The notes below the pieces were generated by a model, which saw only the letters and a list, made by a program, of their open reading frames with translations, was not told where the DNA came from and searched no databases. DNA of 63,826 nt, the filler included, from Octopus bimaculoides (lineage: Eukaryota): NCBI RefSeq assembly GCF_001194135.2. It is 6 parts of 6 records of this genome, joined end to end, with 100 filler letters (N's around TTAATTAATTAA, not from the genome) between each part and the next. Parts side by side here need not be neighbours in the genome. Positions count along the whole stretch, not along the records: positions 18,230 to 38,450 come from NC_068984.1; 5 more parts are not named here. The stretch is one strand, 5' to 3'. Positions 24,213-36,659 of the stretch are shown one piece after another. A program made the position numbers and the translations under genes. How positions within the stretch are numbered: the stretch's first letter is position 1; every line of letters starts with the position of its first letter.

Positions 24213-24607
24213 TATATATATAAAAGCATATGATCATTATAAGAACTAATTCATTAAATGGAGTTCAATAAATGTCATCAAATAAAATGAGATGAAGCAG
24301 ATTTTGTTGTTAATGACGGATTACTCATTTATTCAATTATCTCAGACAGCTGTTTCTGTCAAAAAGACCATGATATCATCAAAGAAATAATGCATAATAT
24401 TATCATATAATGTCTTTTTTGTACTCATCAGTGGATTATAATTAAAACAGTGAGATGTTTTAAATTTATTACCTTGAGATTTTTTCTTTATCATTATATT
24501 GATATTTACTTCGTTACACTCACAAAATGTAATTCAAGACTAAGGTTTAAAAGTGTAACTTTTATATTTCTAATCATATATACATATGTGTGTGTGTGTG
24601 TGTGTGT

Positions 24608-24827
24608 GTGGAGGCACGTGGTTTTGTGGTTAGGGTGTGACCACCATGATCGTAAGATTGTGGTTTCGATTCCTGGACCGGGCGACGCGTTGTGTTCTTG
24701 AGCAAAACACTTCATTTCACGTTGCTCCAGTCCACTCAGCTGGCAAAAATGAGTAACGCTGCGATGGACTGGCGTCCCGTCCAGCTAGGGAACACATACG
24801 CCATTGAAACCGGGAAACCGGGTCCAT
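24608..24827 (+). mobile_element. tRNA-derived CORE-type SINE
   Basis: GTGGAGGCACGTGG..GTGGTTAGGGTG...GGTTTCGATTCC head then TGTGTTCTTGAGCAAAACACTTCATTTCACGTTGCTCCAG. Confidence 0.75.
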
Positions 24828-25189
24828 NNNNNNNNNNCATAGAAAGGGATGAGAGGTATGTTAGTCGAAAAATATGAAGGAATTGTTCTTTAGATTATTT
24901 ATATACAGGTACAGAAAGTCTTCAGATTTCCAAAGGAAATGAAATAGAATGAAATAAAATACAATAAAGTCAACTATTGATGCTATTACATTTAAGAAAC
25001 TTCCATGTAACACTTTCAACAATGAATATCCTAGTTACTTAATCAACTGAACTATTTCCTTGAATTATAAGTATGAGAACAACTGCTTATCCTGAGGCAA
25101 CATGTACTCTTAACCTAATCTTCAGGCAGAATTAGTAGTGAAGCATTATATTATAAGGCTGGCTCTTTAAATAAGAAATACAATACCCC

Positions 25190-25615
25190 ATGCCAGTACC
25201 TCATAAAAGGCAACCATGCCGGTGCCGTGTAAAAAGTACTTGTGCTGGCAACATGTAAATAGCACCCATGCTGGTGCTACATGAAAAGCATCCATGCTGG
25301 CACTATGTAAAAAGCATCTGTTCCAGTACTATGTAAAAAGAAACCATGCCATTACAATGTAAACAGCACCTGTGCCAGGCCATGTAAAAGAGCACATGTA
25401 CCAGCAACATGTGAAATACACCTATGCTAGTGCCATGTGGAAAAGTACACACCATATTCTGTAAAGTGGTTGGCATTAGGAAGGGCATCCAGCTGTAGAA
25501 ATCATGCCAAACAGATGAGTGGAGCCTGGTGCAGCACTCCAGCCTACCAGCTCCTGTCAAACTGTCCAACCCATGCCAGCATGAAAAACAGACATTAAAT
25601 GATGATAATGATGAT
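25190..25615 (+). mobile_element. SINE family A variant with ~28-bp tandem 5' array
   Basis: About nine CATGCCAGT..ATGTAAAAAGCACC units followed by TTAGGAAGGGCATCCAGCTGTAG and (GAT)n tail. Confidence 0.8.
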
Positions 25616-25834
25616 GAATACATCTGAAAAGTTTATGTTCCCGTAACTTAGAAGTTTGGCAAAAAGAAACAGATAGAATAAGAATCAGGCTTAAAAAATG
25701 AAAAATAAATCCTGGGGTTGACTTGTTTGGCTAAAACGCTAAAACCTTTCAGGGTGGTGCTCCAGCATGGCCACAATCAAATGACTGAAAGTAGTAAAAG
25801 AATAAAAGCAAAAATATATATATATATATATTGT

Positions 25835-26212
25835 AGGTGCAGGAGTAGCTGTATGGTAAAATAGCTTGCTTACCAACCACATGCTTCCAGGTTCAGTTCT
25901 ACTGCATGGCACCTTGGGCAAGTGTCTTCTACTATAGCCTCAAGCCAACCAAAGCCTTACGAGTGGATTCGGTAGACGGAAACTGAAAGAAGCCCGTCGC
26001 ATATATATGTGCGTGCGCATGTGTTTGTACCCCCACCATTGCTTGACAACTAATGTTGGTGTGTTTACGTCCCCATAACTTAGCAGTTCAGCAAAAGATA
26101 ACGATAGAATAAGTACTAAGCATACAAAGAATAAGTCCTGGGATTGATTTGTTCGACCAAAGGCGGCGCTCCAGCATGGCCGCAGTCAAGACGACTGAAA
26201 CAAATAAAAGAA
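25835..26212 (+). mobile_element. SINE family B, full length
   Basis: Head GGTGCAGGAGTAGCTGTATGG to tail GACTGAAACAAATAAAAG. Confidence 0.85.
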
Positions 26213-26945
26213 TACAAGCATATATATGACAAAACAGGCCACAGCTCAAAAGTGTAATAAATATGTACTCTAGAAGAAGTACTGGGTTATTCTTCCATGT
26301 AATTATTGTTTTTATTATAGCATAAAAAACGAACATTAATTCACACACACAGACAAGATGGGGTTAAACTCAGGATATACTCCTTTCAGATAAATCAGTT
26401 TCATTAAAAAAAAAAACAAAAGAAAATGAAAGAAAAAGAAATGAGGTATATATGAGAAGGGAGCTTATTATAACGGAATCCAATAGAACTTCATTGTAGT
26501 TATCTCCCTTAGATTAAAAGTATTTCTCGTTCACTTGGCAAAAATTGCTGACCGAACTAAATATATTTTGATGACAGTCATAATTATGACTATTTCTAAT
26601 TAAGAGTATTTGTGTTATGTTACCCTCATTTCAGCAATGGTCCAACAGACCAATAATTGAAGATTTCTAGTGGCTAGCACATTTTTTTCTTTTTATTTAG
26701 ATACAATGTATTATTCTTGTAACAGTGACCATGGACACTGTTACAATTCTTATAATTAATGGAATAAGGAATACATCTCTGGTCGTACATAGGGAAAATT
26801 AAAAGAAGAAATATCAAGGGAAACATCCAATATGTTCTTCCTTATTTAAGATGGTGGGGATGTGATTGGGGAGGAATTTGGCTGCTATTTCTAGCACGCT
26901 GAGTGACTAGGGTCTTTCAGTACCATAATTCTCATAATTATAATA

Positions 26946-27550
26946 CAGTAATCCCTCGACTATCGTGGGTATTATATTCCCAAACCTCTCCCAATAGGTG
27001 AAAATCCACGAAGTAGAAACAGTACTGTACTGTGTATTTTTCTATTATTTACTCTTTTACTTGTTTCAGTCATTTGACTGTGGCCATGCTGGAGCACCGC
27101 CTTTAGTCGAGCAAATCGACTCCAGGACTTAGTCTTTGTAAGCCTAGTACTTATTCTATCGGTCTCTTTTTGCCGAACCGCTATGTTACGGGGATGTAAA
27201 CACACCAGCAGCGGTTGTCAAGCGACGTTGGTGGGACAAACAGACACATACACACACACACATATATATACATATATACGACAGGCTTCTTTCAGTCTCC
27301 GTCTACCAAATCCACTCACAAGGCTTTGATCGGCCCGAGGCTATAGTAGAAGACACTTGCCCAAGGTGCCACGCAGTGGGAATGAACCCAGAACCATGTG
27401 GCTGGTAAGCAAGCTACTTACCACACAGCCACTCCTACGCCTATAATTTCTATAATTTGTATAAATTTATTTTATTATAAATGCAAAACAACACCATGGG
27501 GGAATCGACGTAAGATTAAATAATAAACCACGATAGGCGAGGGATTACTG
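26946..27550. mobile_element. Tigger/pogo-type MITE carrying a nested family-B SINE (27049-27441, minus)
   Basis: 23-bp TIRs CAGTAATCCCTCGACTATCGTGG / CCACGATAGGCGAGGGATTACTG (22/23), TA on both sides. Confidence 0.85.
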
Positions 27551-27709
27551 TAGCGCCTAGATGTGACAAGCACTTTATTAGTTGCTATTTTACCCCAGGC
27601 CAGTCTTGAGACTGAGCAAACCTATGACCAAAGGTATTCCAGCCATGACAATCTTGCGTTGATATTAGACAGTGCAGCTTAAGAGATTTGAGGAAGATTT
27701 TGGCTGCTA

Positions 27710-28060
27710 TTTAATGAATGCCGTCATTGTATCCCAATGGAAAATGGAACGAATCATGCTCAGCATCACATTGTGGGACAAGAAAACCAATGCCAAGATT
27801 TGATAGCACACGAGAGTCAATAACATTATAAGAATCATTAAGGAGAACAAATATAGATGGGCTGGCCTCATCATATGACTGAAGGACAACAGATGGACAA
27901 TCAGGGTAACAGAATGGACACCAGGACAAGATCTAGAGGCTGACTAAAGACATAATGGCGAGATGATCTCACCTGCTACCAGGGACCTACATGGCCATGA
28001 CTGGCTGGTGATAGACAAGAGTCCAGGGAGGGCTTCTTCCTTCAAGAGTGACGAAACCCT
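27710..28060 (+). mobile_element. RTE-clade LINE 3' fragment, degenerate
   Basis: Interrupted translation ..ITLWDKKTNAKI..TRVNNIIRIIKENKYRWAGLI..DNRWTIRVTEWTP resembles the RTE post-RT region. Confidence 0.6.
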
Positions 28061-28104
28061 GGATAAGGATAAGTGTTTATTTTTCTTGCAAGGTCAACTA
28101 ACTA

Positions 28105-29355
28105 TTAGGTCATCCCATAAGTTCTGTCCAATTTTACCTTTTTTAAAATTGTATAAAATTTAATAGAATTTTAGAATGTCTAACGGAATTAAAAATTATT
28201 TTTATGCATTTGTGTACATTTAAACTAATTAAATATTATTTTACAGAATAATGCAATTAAAATTTATTTGATTAAAACCCTTTCTAACATGGAAGTATCC
28301 AAAGAGCATTCGAGGTACATAATGCTTTATGAGTACAAAAAAGGAAACTCTGCAGCCGAAGTGACTCGAAACACACACTCAGTTTATTGGAAAGAATGCT
28401 TGAATGAAAGAACTTGCAGAAGATAGTTTGCAAAATTCAGAAGTGGAGATTTCAGCCTTGAAAAGGAAGATCAAACAGGACGTCCAGTTGAGTTTGATGA
28501 TAAGCTCCTTGAGGCATCACTTGAAGAAAGTCCTGCATTATCAGTTGAAGAATTGGCAATAAAGCTTAGTTCAAATCATACAACTGTTCATTGTCATCTT
28601 CAACAACTTGGAAAGCTTCCTGAACTTGGAAACTTGGTGCCTCATAAATTGTCCGAAAGCAACCGTAAATCCCGAGTTGACATTTGCTCTTCTCTCCATT
28701 CTCGTGAACTTATTTCACCCTTTTTGGATAGACTTGTGACGAAAAATGGATCTTCTATCAAAATGTTAAATGTCGTAAATAGTGGCTTGGTAAAAGGGAA
28801 AAAGCTCAACCACAACCAAGAAGGGAACTTCATGGGAAAAAGTTTCTTCTCTCAATCTGGTGAGATTGCAAAGGAGTAATTCACTTTGAATTGTTACCAC
28901 CTAATGCAACAATCAATGTTCAAGTCTACTGTCAGCAATTAGAGCATTTGAACCAAGCTTTGAAGAAAAAAAAGACCCGCTTTATTAAATCGAAAAGGAG
29001 TGATGTTTCATCAGGACAATGTGCAACCCCACACTGCAAAGATCACATCACAGAAGATCGAAGAGCATGGTTGGAAAAAAATTCCTCATACTACTATTTG
29101 TTTTGTAGTTTACAGAATCATTTGGGGGACATAACTTTCGCAAGCCATGAGGAGGTCGAAACTGACATTTCAGAGTTCTTCACTATGAAACCAAAAATGT
29201 TTTTCATTGATGGGATTAAAAAGCTTGTAAATAGATGGAAGGAAGTTATAGATAATCAGGGAAAGTACATTGATGATTAAATTTCATTTAAACATAACAT
29301 TTGATCACTTGTTTTCTTTATTCAAAATTCGGACAGAACTTATGAGATGACCTGA
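28105..29355 (+). mobile_element. Full-length mariner (D,D34D type), transposase pseudogene 28289-29280
   Basis: TIRs TTAGGTCATCCCATAAGTTCTGTCC / GGACAGAACTTATGAGATGACCTGA with TA TSD; GRP, LVPHKL (WVPHEL), EKW motifs; stop, frameshifts, and the YSPDLAP segment is deleted. Confidence 0.92.
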
Positions 29356-29669
29356 TATATAAAGGTTCCCTAGTTGGTAGGCAATAGATATTGGAGCCTT
29401 GAGCAGTGGATGACAAATGTAAACACTATCATTGCAGTATAAAATACTGTAGCTTGCAATTATAACGGTTACATCATTCAGAGGCAATTATGTCAATTAT
29501 AACAATTACATCATTCATGAGTGAAAAATAAAGATGCTAGATTACAGAGGATGCACTCATGAGCTCCAATTTTATTAGTCATTATTTGTACCCATGAGCA
29601 ATGCACTTAACTCTGCTTGTTTTAGTTTACCTAATTGAACATCATACCTACAATATTTCCCTTTAACTA

Positions 29670-30223
29670 AATGAGTGAAGCTGTGTGCTTAATGGTTAGG
29701 GTATTCAGCTCATGATTGTAAGGTTGTCAGTTCAAAACCTAGCAGTGCATTATGTCCTTGAGCAAGACACTTTCTTTCACATTGCTCCAGTCCACTCAGT
29801 GAGCAAAAATGAGTTGTACCTGTAATTCAAAAGACCAGCTTTGTTACATTCTGAGTCATGCTGAATTTTCCTGACAACTTTATATATTAAGGAAGGGCGG
29901 TGAGCTGGCAGAAACGTTTGCGCGCCAGGTGAAATGCTTAGCGGTATTTCGTCTGCCGTTACATTCTGAGTTCAAATTCCACCGAGGTCGACTTTGCCTT
30001 TCATCCTTTCAGGGGGTCGATAAATTAAGTACCAGTTACGCACTGGGGTCGATGTAATCGACTTGATCCCTTTGTCTGTCCCCTTTATGTTTGGCCCCTT
30101 GTGGGCAACAAAGAAATAAAAATGTATATGTTAAGGGTACATGTGTCCATGGAATTTCAGGAGGAGGGTGTCCCATTGACTAGATCAACTGGAACCCTTG
30201 TCATTATAACCAACAGAGTGTCA
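29670..30223 (+). mobile_element. Family-D-like SINE interrupted by a family-C SINE (29893-30124)
   Basis: D body stops at ..GACAACT and resumes GTTAAGGGTACATGTGTC; 12-bp TSD TATATATTAAGG / TATATGTTAAGG. Confidence 0.8.
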
Positions 30224-33040
30224 CTTAGTAGGTCAATAGCAGAAATCCCAAACCACCAGGCCACAGACCAGTACTGTACCAAAAGTCATTTGGTACAGGG
30301 CCACACAAAGGAAATAAATTCTAAAATTTTATTTCTGTTTTATTGACTATCACAGTCAGCAGATTATCTTATGCATTATATATGCGTTATATATGTCATA
30401 ATTAAATTATTTATTATGCACTTTATTGTGTTTTTGGTATGTGTATGATACCCCAGTCCATTGAAAAAATTTCTTGCATCCAGCTGTAGAAACCATGCCA
30501 GAATGGATGAAACCTGGGCAACTCTTCAGCTAGCAACTTCTATGAAACTCTCCAACCTATGCCAGCATGGAAAACAGACATTAAATGATGATGATGATGA
30601 TGATGATGATGATGGTGATGGTGATGATGATGATGATGAAACACCAGCCTGTGGTTCAGGACTTCTGGTCTATCGGAAGGGACAGTGTTCATGGGGCTTT
30701 GTAGGCCTTCCTCAAGAGGTAACATTGATGCCATTAGGGTTCTTTTGTACCTTTCTAAATCAAAACGTGGGGAAAATATGAGCAAGAGGGAGATTCCAGA
30801 AAGCCAATAAAAGAAGACCCATGATAAAACTATTCCAACCATAACTATCTCATCCTTTCCTTGCATATTACATATCGAAGTCTATCTGGTGAATCCTTCT
30901 TTTTCAAGACAGTAGGATATAAATCTGAGTACAATATAACTGTTATCTCTAGACCAATTAAGTATACAGTGTCCCCTTTCTTGGCTCATTTATAAATAGT
31001 AGTTGTCTATTATAAACACAACCACTCCTCGTATTATTTTTAATAGTCAGCTGGATGAAACATATTTACTCTGGTGTGTTATGGATGGCAGAAAGTGAAG
31101 TGTTAAGCAAATTATTAGAAAAATGACAGACATCATCTCCATCATTGTTATGTTTTGCTCCATGTGGGCATGGGTAGAACAAAACTTATTGAGGCAGTAT
31201 TTGACAACTGGTTACCCTTCCTGTCGTCAATCTTTATTCGTTTTTCAAGTAAAGAACTTTTATTCCAACTGTCTTCTACTATAACCTTGGGCCAACCAAG
31301 GCCTTGTGAGGATTTTTTAAATGAAAACTGAAAGAATCCCATATGTGTGCATGTTTTTGTGTCTATGTTTGTCAACTGCCACTACTTGACAATTGGTGGT
31401 GTTAGTGTGTTTATGTCCTTGTAACTTAGCAGTTCAGTAAAGGAGACCAATTGAATAAGTAATAGGCTTAAATAAAAACAAAAATAAGTACTGGGGTTGA
31501 TTTGTTCAACTAAAAGATTCTTCAAGGAGGAGCTCCACCATAGCTGCAGTGTAGTAACTGAAAGAAGTAAAAGACAAAACACACATGCACTCACACTCAC
31601 ACAAACTCACAATGGGTTCCATATTGCACTTGAAAGACACTGGTGAGCCCAGGGCTATGATAGAAGATACCATGCAATGTAGGGAGCAACCTTAAACCAA
31701 AACCACATGGTTGCTAAGTGAATGCCATGACTCAATAGATCTGCAAGCACTTATACATAAATATCTAAAACCACTACATTAATCCTCTTCAATAAACCAG
31801 TCTGTATATGATATGCTCACAGACAGATAATGATAGCCTTCTTTTATTGGTTAACTGCTCTGTTGTTACAGGTCAACCATTAGCAGTTGTAGTAGTAGTA
31901 ACAGCAATAGTAGTAATGGTGGTGGTGGGGTGCAGCAGCAGCAGCAAAACGAAGAGGCGAAGGAAGGGAGGAATTTCCATAAAAGTCTAGAAGGAGCCCT
32001 TAAAGTTCAGCAGTTCTCAATCTAACAAATACTCCTTACCCAGTACTGTGGAATGTTTATGCCCCTGCCTACTTCATTATTAATGAGAAATCAAAACAAC
32101 ATTTGCATTCACACAATTTGTCTTTCATCTCCATGGTTTTGGCGCAAACTTAAAAAGCTTCAAACCATCTTAACTTTTCTTAAAATATGGCAGATTCTTT
32201 TTTCTTTTTTTTTTTCTTTGCCCATTTTTCAATCTAAGGCCACACACTATGCGAAACTAGTAATAATTGATAAATATTTCCTTATTAACTTTAAAGCAAA
32301 TTATACTGATAATAGCATTTTAAATCTGTATATATAATTAATCATTAGCGTTAATGACAAGCAAGCTGTCTAAAAATAAGTTGTCATCATGATCGTTTTA
32401 ATGTCCACTTTTCCATGTTTGCATGACATGAGTTGGATGGAATTTGCTGGAGTGGATTTTCTATGGGTGGATGCCCTTCCTGTTGCCAACCCTCACCTGC
32501 TTCAAAGTAATGTAATATTTCCCCATGACCAGAGATGTTTCCACAGAATATTGGAAATGAAAGACAGTGATAGCATGGCAGTGACATATGTTTTACAAAT
32601 ATCATGTGATGTCAAGGCAAGGAGACAGTAACACACATACGCATGCACACACACACACACACACACACACAATATGTGTGTGTGATAGGTTTCTTTAAGT
32701 TTCCATCTACCAAATCTATTCGCAAGGCTTTGGTTGGCCTGGGGTCAGAATAGAAGATACTTGCCCAAAGTGTCATACAGCGGGACTGAACCTGAAACCA
32801 TGTGGTTCAGAAGAAAACTTCTTGCACTGCCGTACCTGCAGCTTATAATCCTTTTAATCTGTGTATAGTAAATTATCAATTTAATAATTATTGTAGACAT
32901 GCACACTCTGTCTCAAAATACTGTTCAGTTATATTATTTGTTTATTATTCTTAAATACCTACCACATTGCTTTTGTGTCTAATACTAAATTTAAGAGAAT
33001 ATTTTAAAAATTGTTTTATAAACTTCCACACACAGTAGTC

Positions 33041-33510
33041 ATGGCTGATACCAGTGCAGCCTGATTGGCACCCATGCCAGTGGCATGTAAAAGGCACCAT
33101 TTGAGCATGGTCGATGCCAGTGCCACCTGACTAGATCCTGCGCTGGTGACATGTAAAAAGCACCATTCAAGCATGGTCAATCCAGTGCCACCTGACTGGC
33201 TAAAACACCATTTGAGCGTGGTCGATGCCAGTGCTGCCTGACTGGCTCCAGTGCTGGTGACATGTAAAAAGCACCATTCAAATATGGTCGATGCCAGTGC
33301 TGCCTGACTAGCTCCTCTGTCGGTGACATGTAAAAAGTACCCACTACGCTCTCAGAGTGGTTGGTGTTAGGAAGTGCATCCAGCTGTAGAAACCTTGCCA
33401 GATCAGATTGGAGTATGGTGTAGCTTCCTGGCTTGCCAGTCCTCAGTCAAACTGTCCAACCCATGCCAGCATGGAAAGCAGACATTAAACGATGATGATG
33501 AGGAGGAGGA
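33041..33510 (+). mobile_element. SINE family A with about five ~60-bp tandem 5' units
   Basis: Repeated GATGCCAGTGC..CCTGACT..GGTGACATGTAAAAAGCACCATT units, then core and tail. Confidence 0.85.
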
Positions 33511-34215
33511 GAACAAACTTTCTCCTCAAAACTCAAAATTATTATATTAAAAATAGAAATAAAGAAATAAAGAAATTAAGTGTTATTTATGTATACATAC
33601 TTTTGCCAGTCACTCCTTTCTAGAATGTCAACCCACTAGTATTCCTTTCCCAACAATATATTTTTCCCCCCATCACAAACATTAATTTGCAGATATTCAA
33701 ATTGAATATCAACCACATTAATTTCACCAATCTTGGTGGAGAGAGCTCTGTAGGTCATGTGTACTGCACCCTGTCTTCTGACTAAATCTATGGAAATGTA
33801 CTGAAAAATTAGTTTTCCTGCATTATCAGATTTATAAAATTTAATGAAAAATATATGTTGGAGCACTACAGAACTGGTTTAGAAACTTTTTTATACCACC
33901 TTGTAATCTATTTTATCTTTTTTATCTTTTTACTTGTTTCAGTCATTAGACTACGGCCATGCTGGGGCACCACCTTAAAAGATTTTAAGTCAAATATATC
34001 AACCCCAGATCCAAATGTGGTTATGTGCTTAAGAAGCTTGCTTCCCAACTATGTAGTCTTGGGTTCAGTCCCACTGCGTGGCACCTTGATATATATATAT
34101 ATGTAAAATAACAAACTAAGGAAAGGAATTCCTTCAAAGGGGTGTGCAAAACATCCACTTCACTGGTGCGTCAGTTGAATACCACATAAATATGGGTATA
34201 ATGCAAATTACAAAC

Positions 34216-34690
34216 AATAAATTAAATAGAGAGATACAATTGACAATCCAATAATTTATTTATATTATAATATAACATAATATACTATGAATGTAACATA
34301 ATATAATATGATAAATATAATATAATATAACATTAAAATAATCATTAAAAAACCAAAATAGCCAACAGTTTGTTTCGAATTATATACATTTTATGACATA
34401 TAAACAATTCAATTCACTTATATAAGTCTCATAAGAGCTAAGGTTTAAAGATAGAAGAAATCCCATGTGAAAGAACGGTTGAATTGTAAAAAAATTAATT
34501 CAAATGCCTATGTTTTATGAGCATGAGCGTTAACTTTTCAACTACATAGCAATTACAATTAAAAAGCAACTAAATTATAACGGACAAAATAATTTTCTTT
34601 TATGTTATATTATATTAATAGTATATTATGTTATATTATAATATAAATAAATTATTGGATTGGCAATTGTATCTCTCTATTTAATTTATT
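34216..34690. repeat. 73-bp inverted repeat around a 329-bp spacer
   Basis: 34216-34288 vs 34618-34690, 72/73 match. Confidence 0.9.
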
Positions 34691-34825
34691 TTATATATAT
34701 ATATCATCATCATCATCATCATCGTGTAACGTCTGCCTTCCATGCTAGCATGAGTTGGACGATTTGACTGAGGACTGGCGAACTAGATGGCTGCACCAGG
34801 CTCCAATCTGATCTAGCAGAGTTTC

Positions 34826-35275
34826 CAACGTAAAAGTGGTGTTATTGTATGGGGCTGAGACATGGCGAACAACAGTTAAGTCAAATAAGCAAATACAATC
34901 ATTCATTAACAGATGCTTGCATAGTATACTTAAAATTAGATGGCCCGAACACATAAGCAATATGGAGCTATGGCAAAGAACAAATCAAGTTTCGATTAGG
35001 GAGCAAATATTTAAGAAAAAGTGGAAGTGGATTGGTAGCATAATTAGAAAAGACACACCAAATGTAGCGAAAAGTGCTTTACAGTGGAATCCAGATGGAT
35101 ATAGAAAGAAAGGTAGGCCTAAGAACTTGTGGCGTAGCTCAAGACAAAAGGAACTAGAGAAAGGGGGACATTCATGGCAGAGTATAAGTACAGAAGCGAA
35201 AAATTATGTGACACGGAATTCAATTATAAGTGGCCTATACTCCGTGTTGGACGGTTAAAGGCAATAGAATAGAAG
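34826..35275 (+). mobile_element. RTE-clade LINE 3' end (truncates an A-SINE at 34703-34826)
   Basis: VLLYGAETW...RCLHSILKIRWPEHISN.ELW..T...KWKWIG...LQWNPDG.RK.GRPK..W is typical of the RTE C-terminus. Confidence 0.9.
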
Positions 35276-36254
35276 AGAAGGCTTTACAAGTTGAATCTAC
35301 AGAGTCAAAGCCCACTGATAGTATAATTTCTAAAGCAGTTGTCCTCAATTCTATTTGAGTAACAGCTTGTCCATGTTACAAGTTAGGGTAATATACCCAT
35401 TTTACAATTAATGTAACAAGGTGACCCTATTACAGGTTGACAAAGTATATCCCTACATCAAAAACTGGCACAATTTATACAAAACCAAACTTAATCATAA
35501 CCTTTTATTCAATATGAATGTTACTTAGAAGATAAGATATAAAGGCATTAGATAATTAAAAAATGCATGATTTCTTATACTCCAATATATTAGGAATATA
35601 TTGCTCCTGACAAGCTGGTATTGCAGCAGAAATGTGATTAGTATTGTTATTATTGGTCTACTAATTATCGTAGCCCATTATCTGTTTATTGAGTCAACAT
35701 AGACAATATGACATTAAATATTAAATAAACAGCTTATTAACTTCATTCATCTAGATGTAGACACTGTTCATATTCGGCTGGAGCCAGAGAATAGCAGTGA
35801 ATTCTTCACAAACAACATATCATTTCCAAGCTACTTTAAACTGGATATTGCCATAAAACTTCCTCTCTTTCCTTTTCTCTCTATCACATATTTTGGGTCA
35901 CCAATTCACAGGATGGTTATATGCGATTACAATAGTTGATGGAGTTCATTATGAATTATGAGACTGCACAGCAGGTGAGAAATGTTTAACATGTTAATAT
36001 GTATAGAAGTAGTGTAGTTACTACAACAAACATATTAGTGAAACTGCTGCTTACCTCAGTTATAATGACGGTAACATGTGTAATGTCAACTCAGTCAATT
36101 ATTTACACATTTTTTCTTTTCTTTTCTTTCTTTTTTGCTGACTAGGTCTGGAGGAACAAAGAATGCCCATGGACTTCACAGATCCTCTAAGACTGATAAA
36201 CCGTTAACATTCATTTAAGCTGTTGTAAGTTGACAGTTGTATTCTGAAGTGTTG

Positions 36255-36650
36255 GTATGGCTGTGTGGTTAAAAAGCTGTTATGCAATCCTGGGGCTTCA
36301 GGTTCAGTCCCATTACACAGTACTTTGGACGAGTGTCTTCTACTATAGCCCCAGACCAACCAATGTCTTGTGATTGAATTTGGTAGACAGAAACTGTAGA
36401 AGCTTCTGTGTGCATGTGGTGGTGGGGGATGTCTTTGTTTGTCCCACAGCCCCTGCTTGACAACTAGTGTCGATTTGTTTATGCCCCCATAATTTAGTGG
36501 TTTGGTAAAAGAGACCATTAGAATAATCACCAAACTTAAAAATAAGTATTGGGGTTGATGTGATCAACCAAAACCTTTAAAGGTAGTGCTTCAGCAAGGC
36601 CACAGTCCATCCAGTTGCTAAAATAAGTAAAACAAAAAGTTAAAAGACAA
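36255..36650 (+). mobile_element. SINE family B, degenerate
   Basis: Head, CORE-like segment and tail recognisable. Confidence 0.7.
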
Positions 36651-36659
36651 AGCTAATTA

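Noticed and set aside
28553-29280. Mariner ORFs as a domesticated or SETMAR-like gene (also 45206-45619)
   Set aside because: Stops, frameshifts and loss of the YSPDL region; still bounded by TIRs and TA TSDs.
33041-33330. Regularly spaced ~60-bp and ~28-bp repeats (also 20815-20995, 25190-25450) as CRISPR-like arrays
   Set aside because: Degenerate tandem units without unique spacers, attached to a SINE in a eukaryotic genome.
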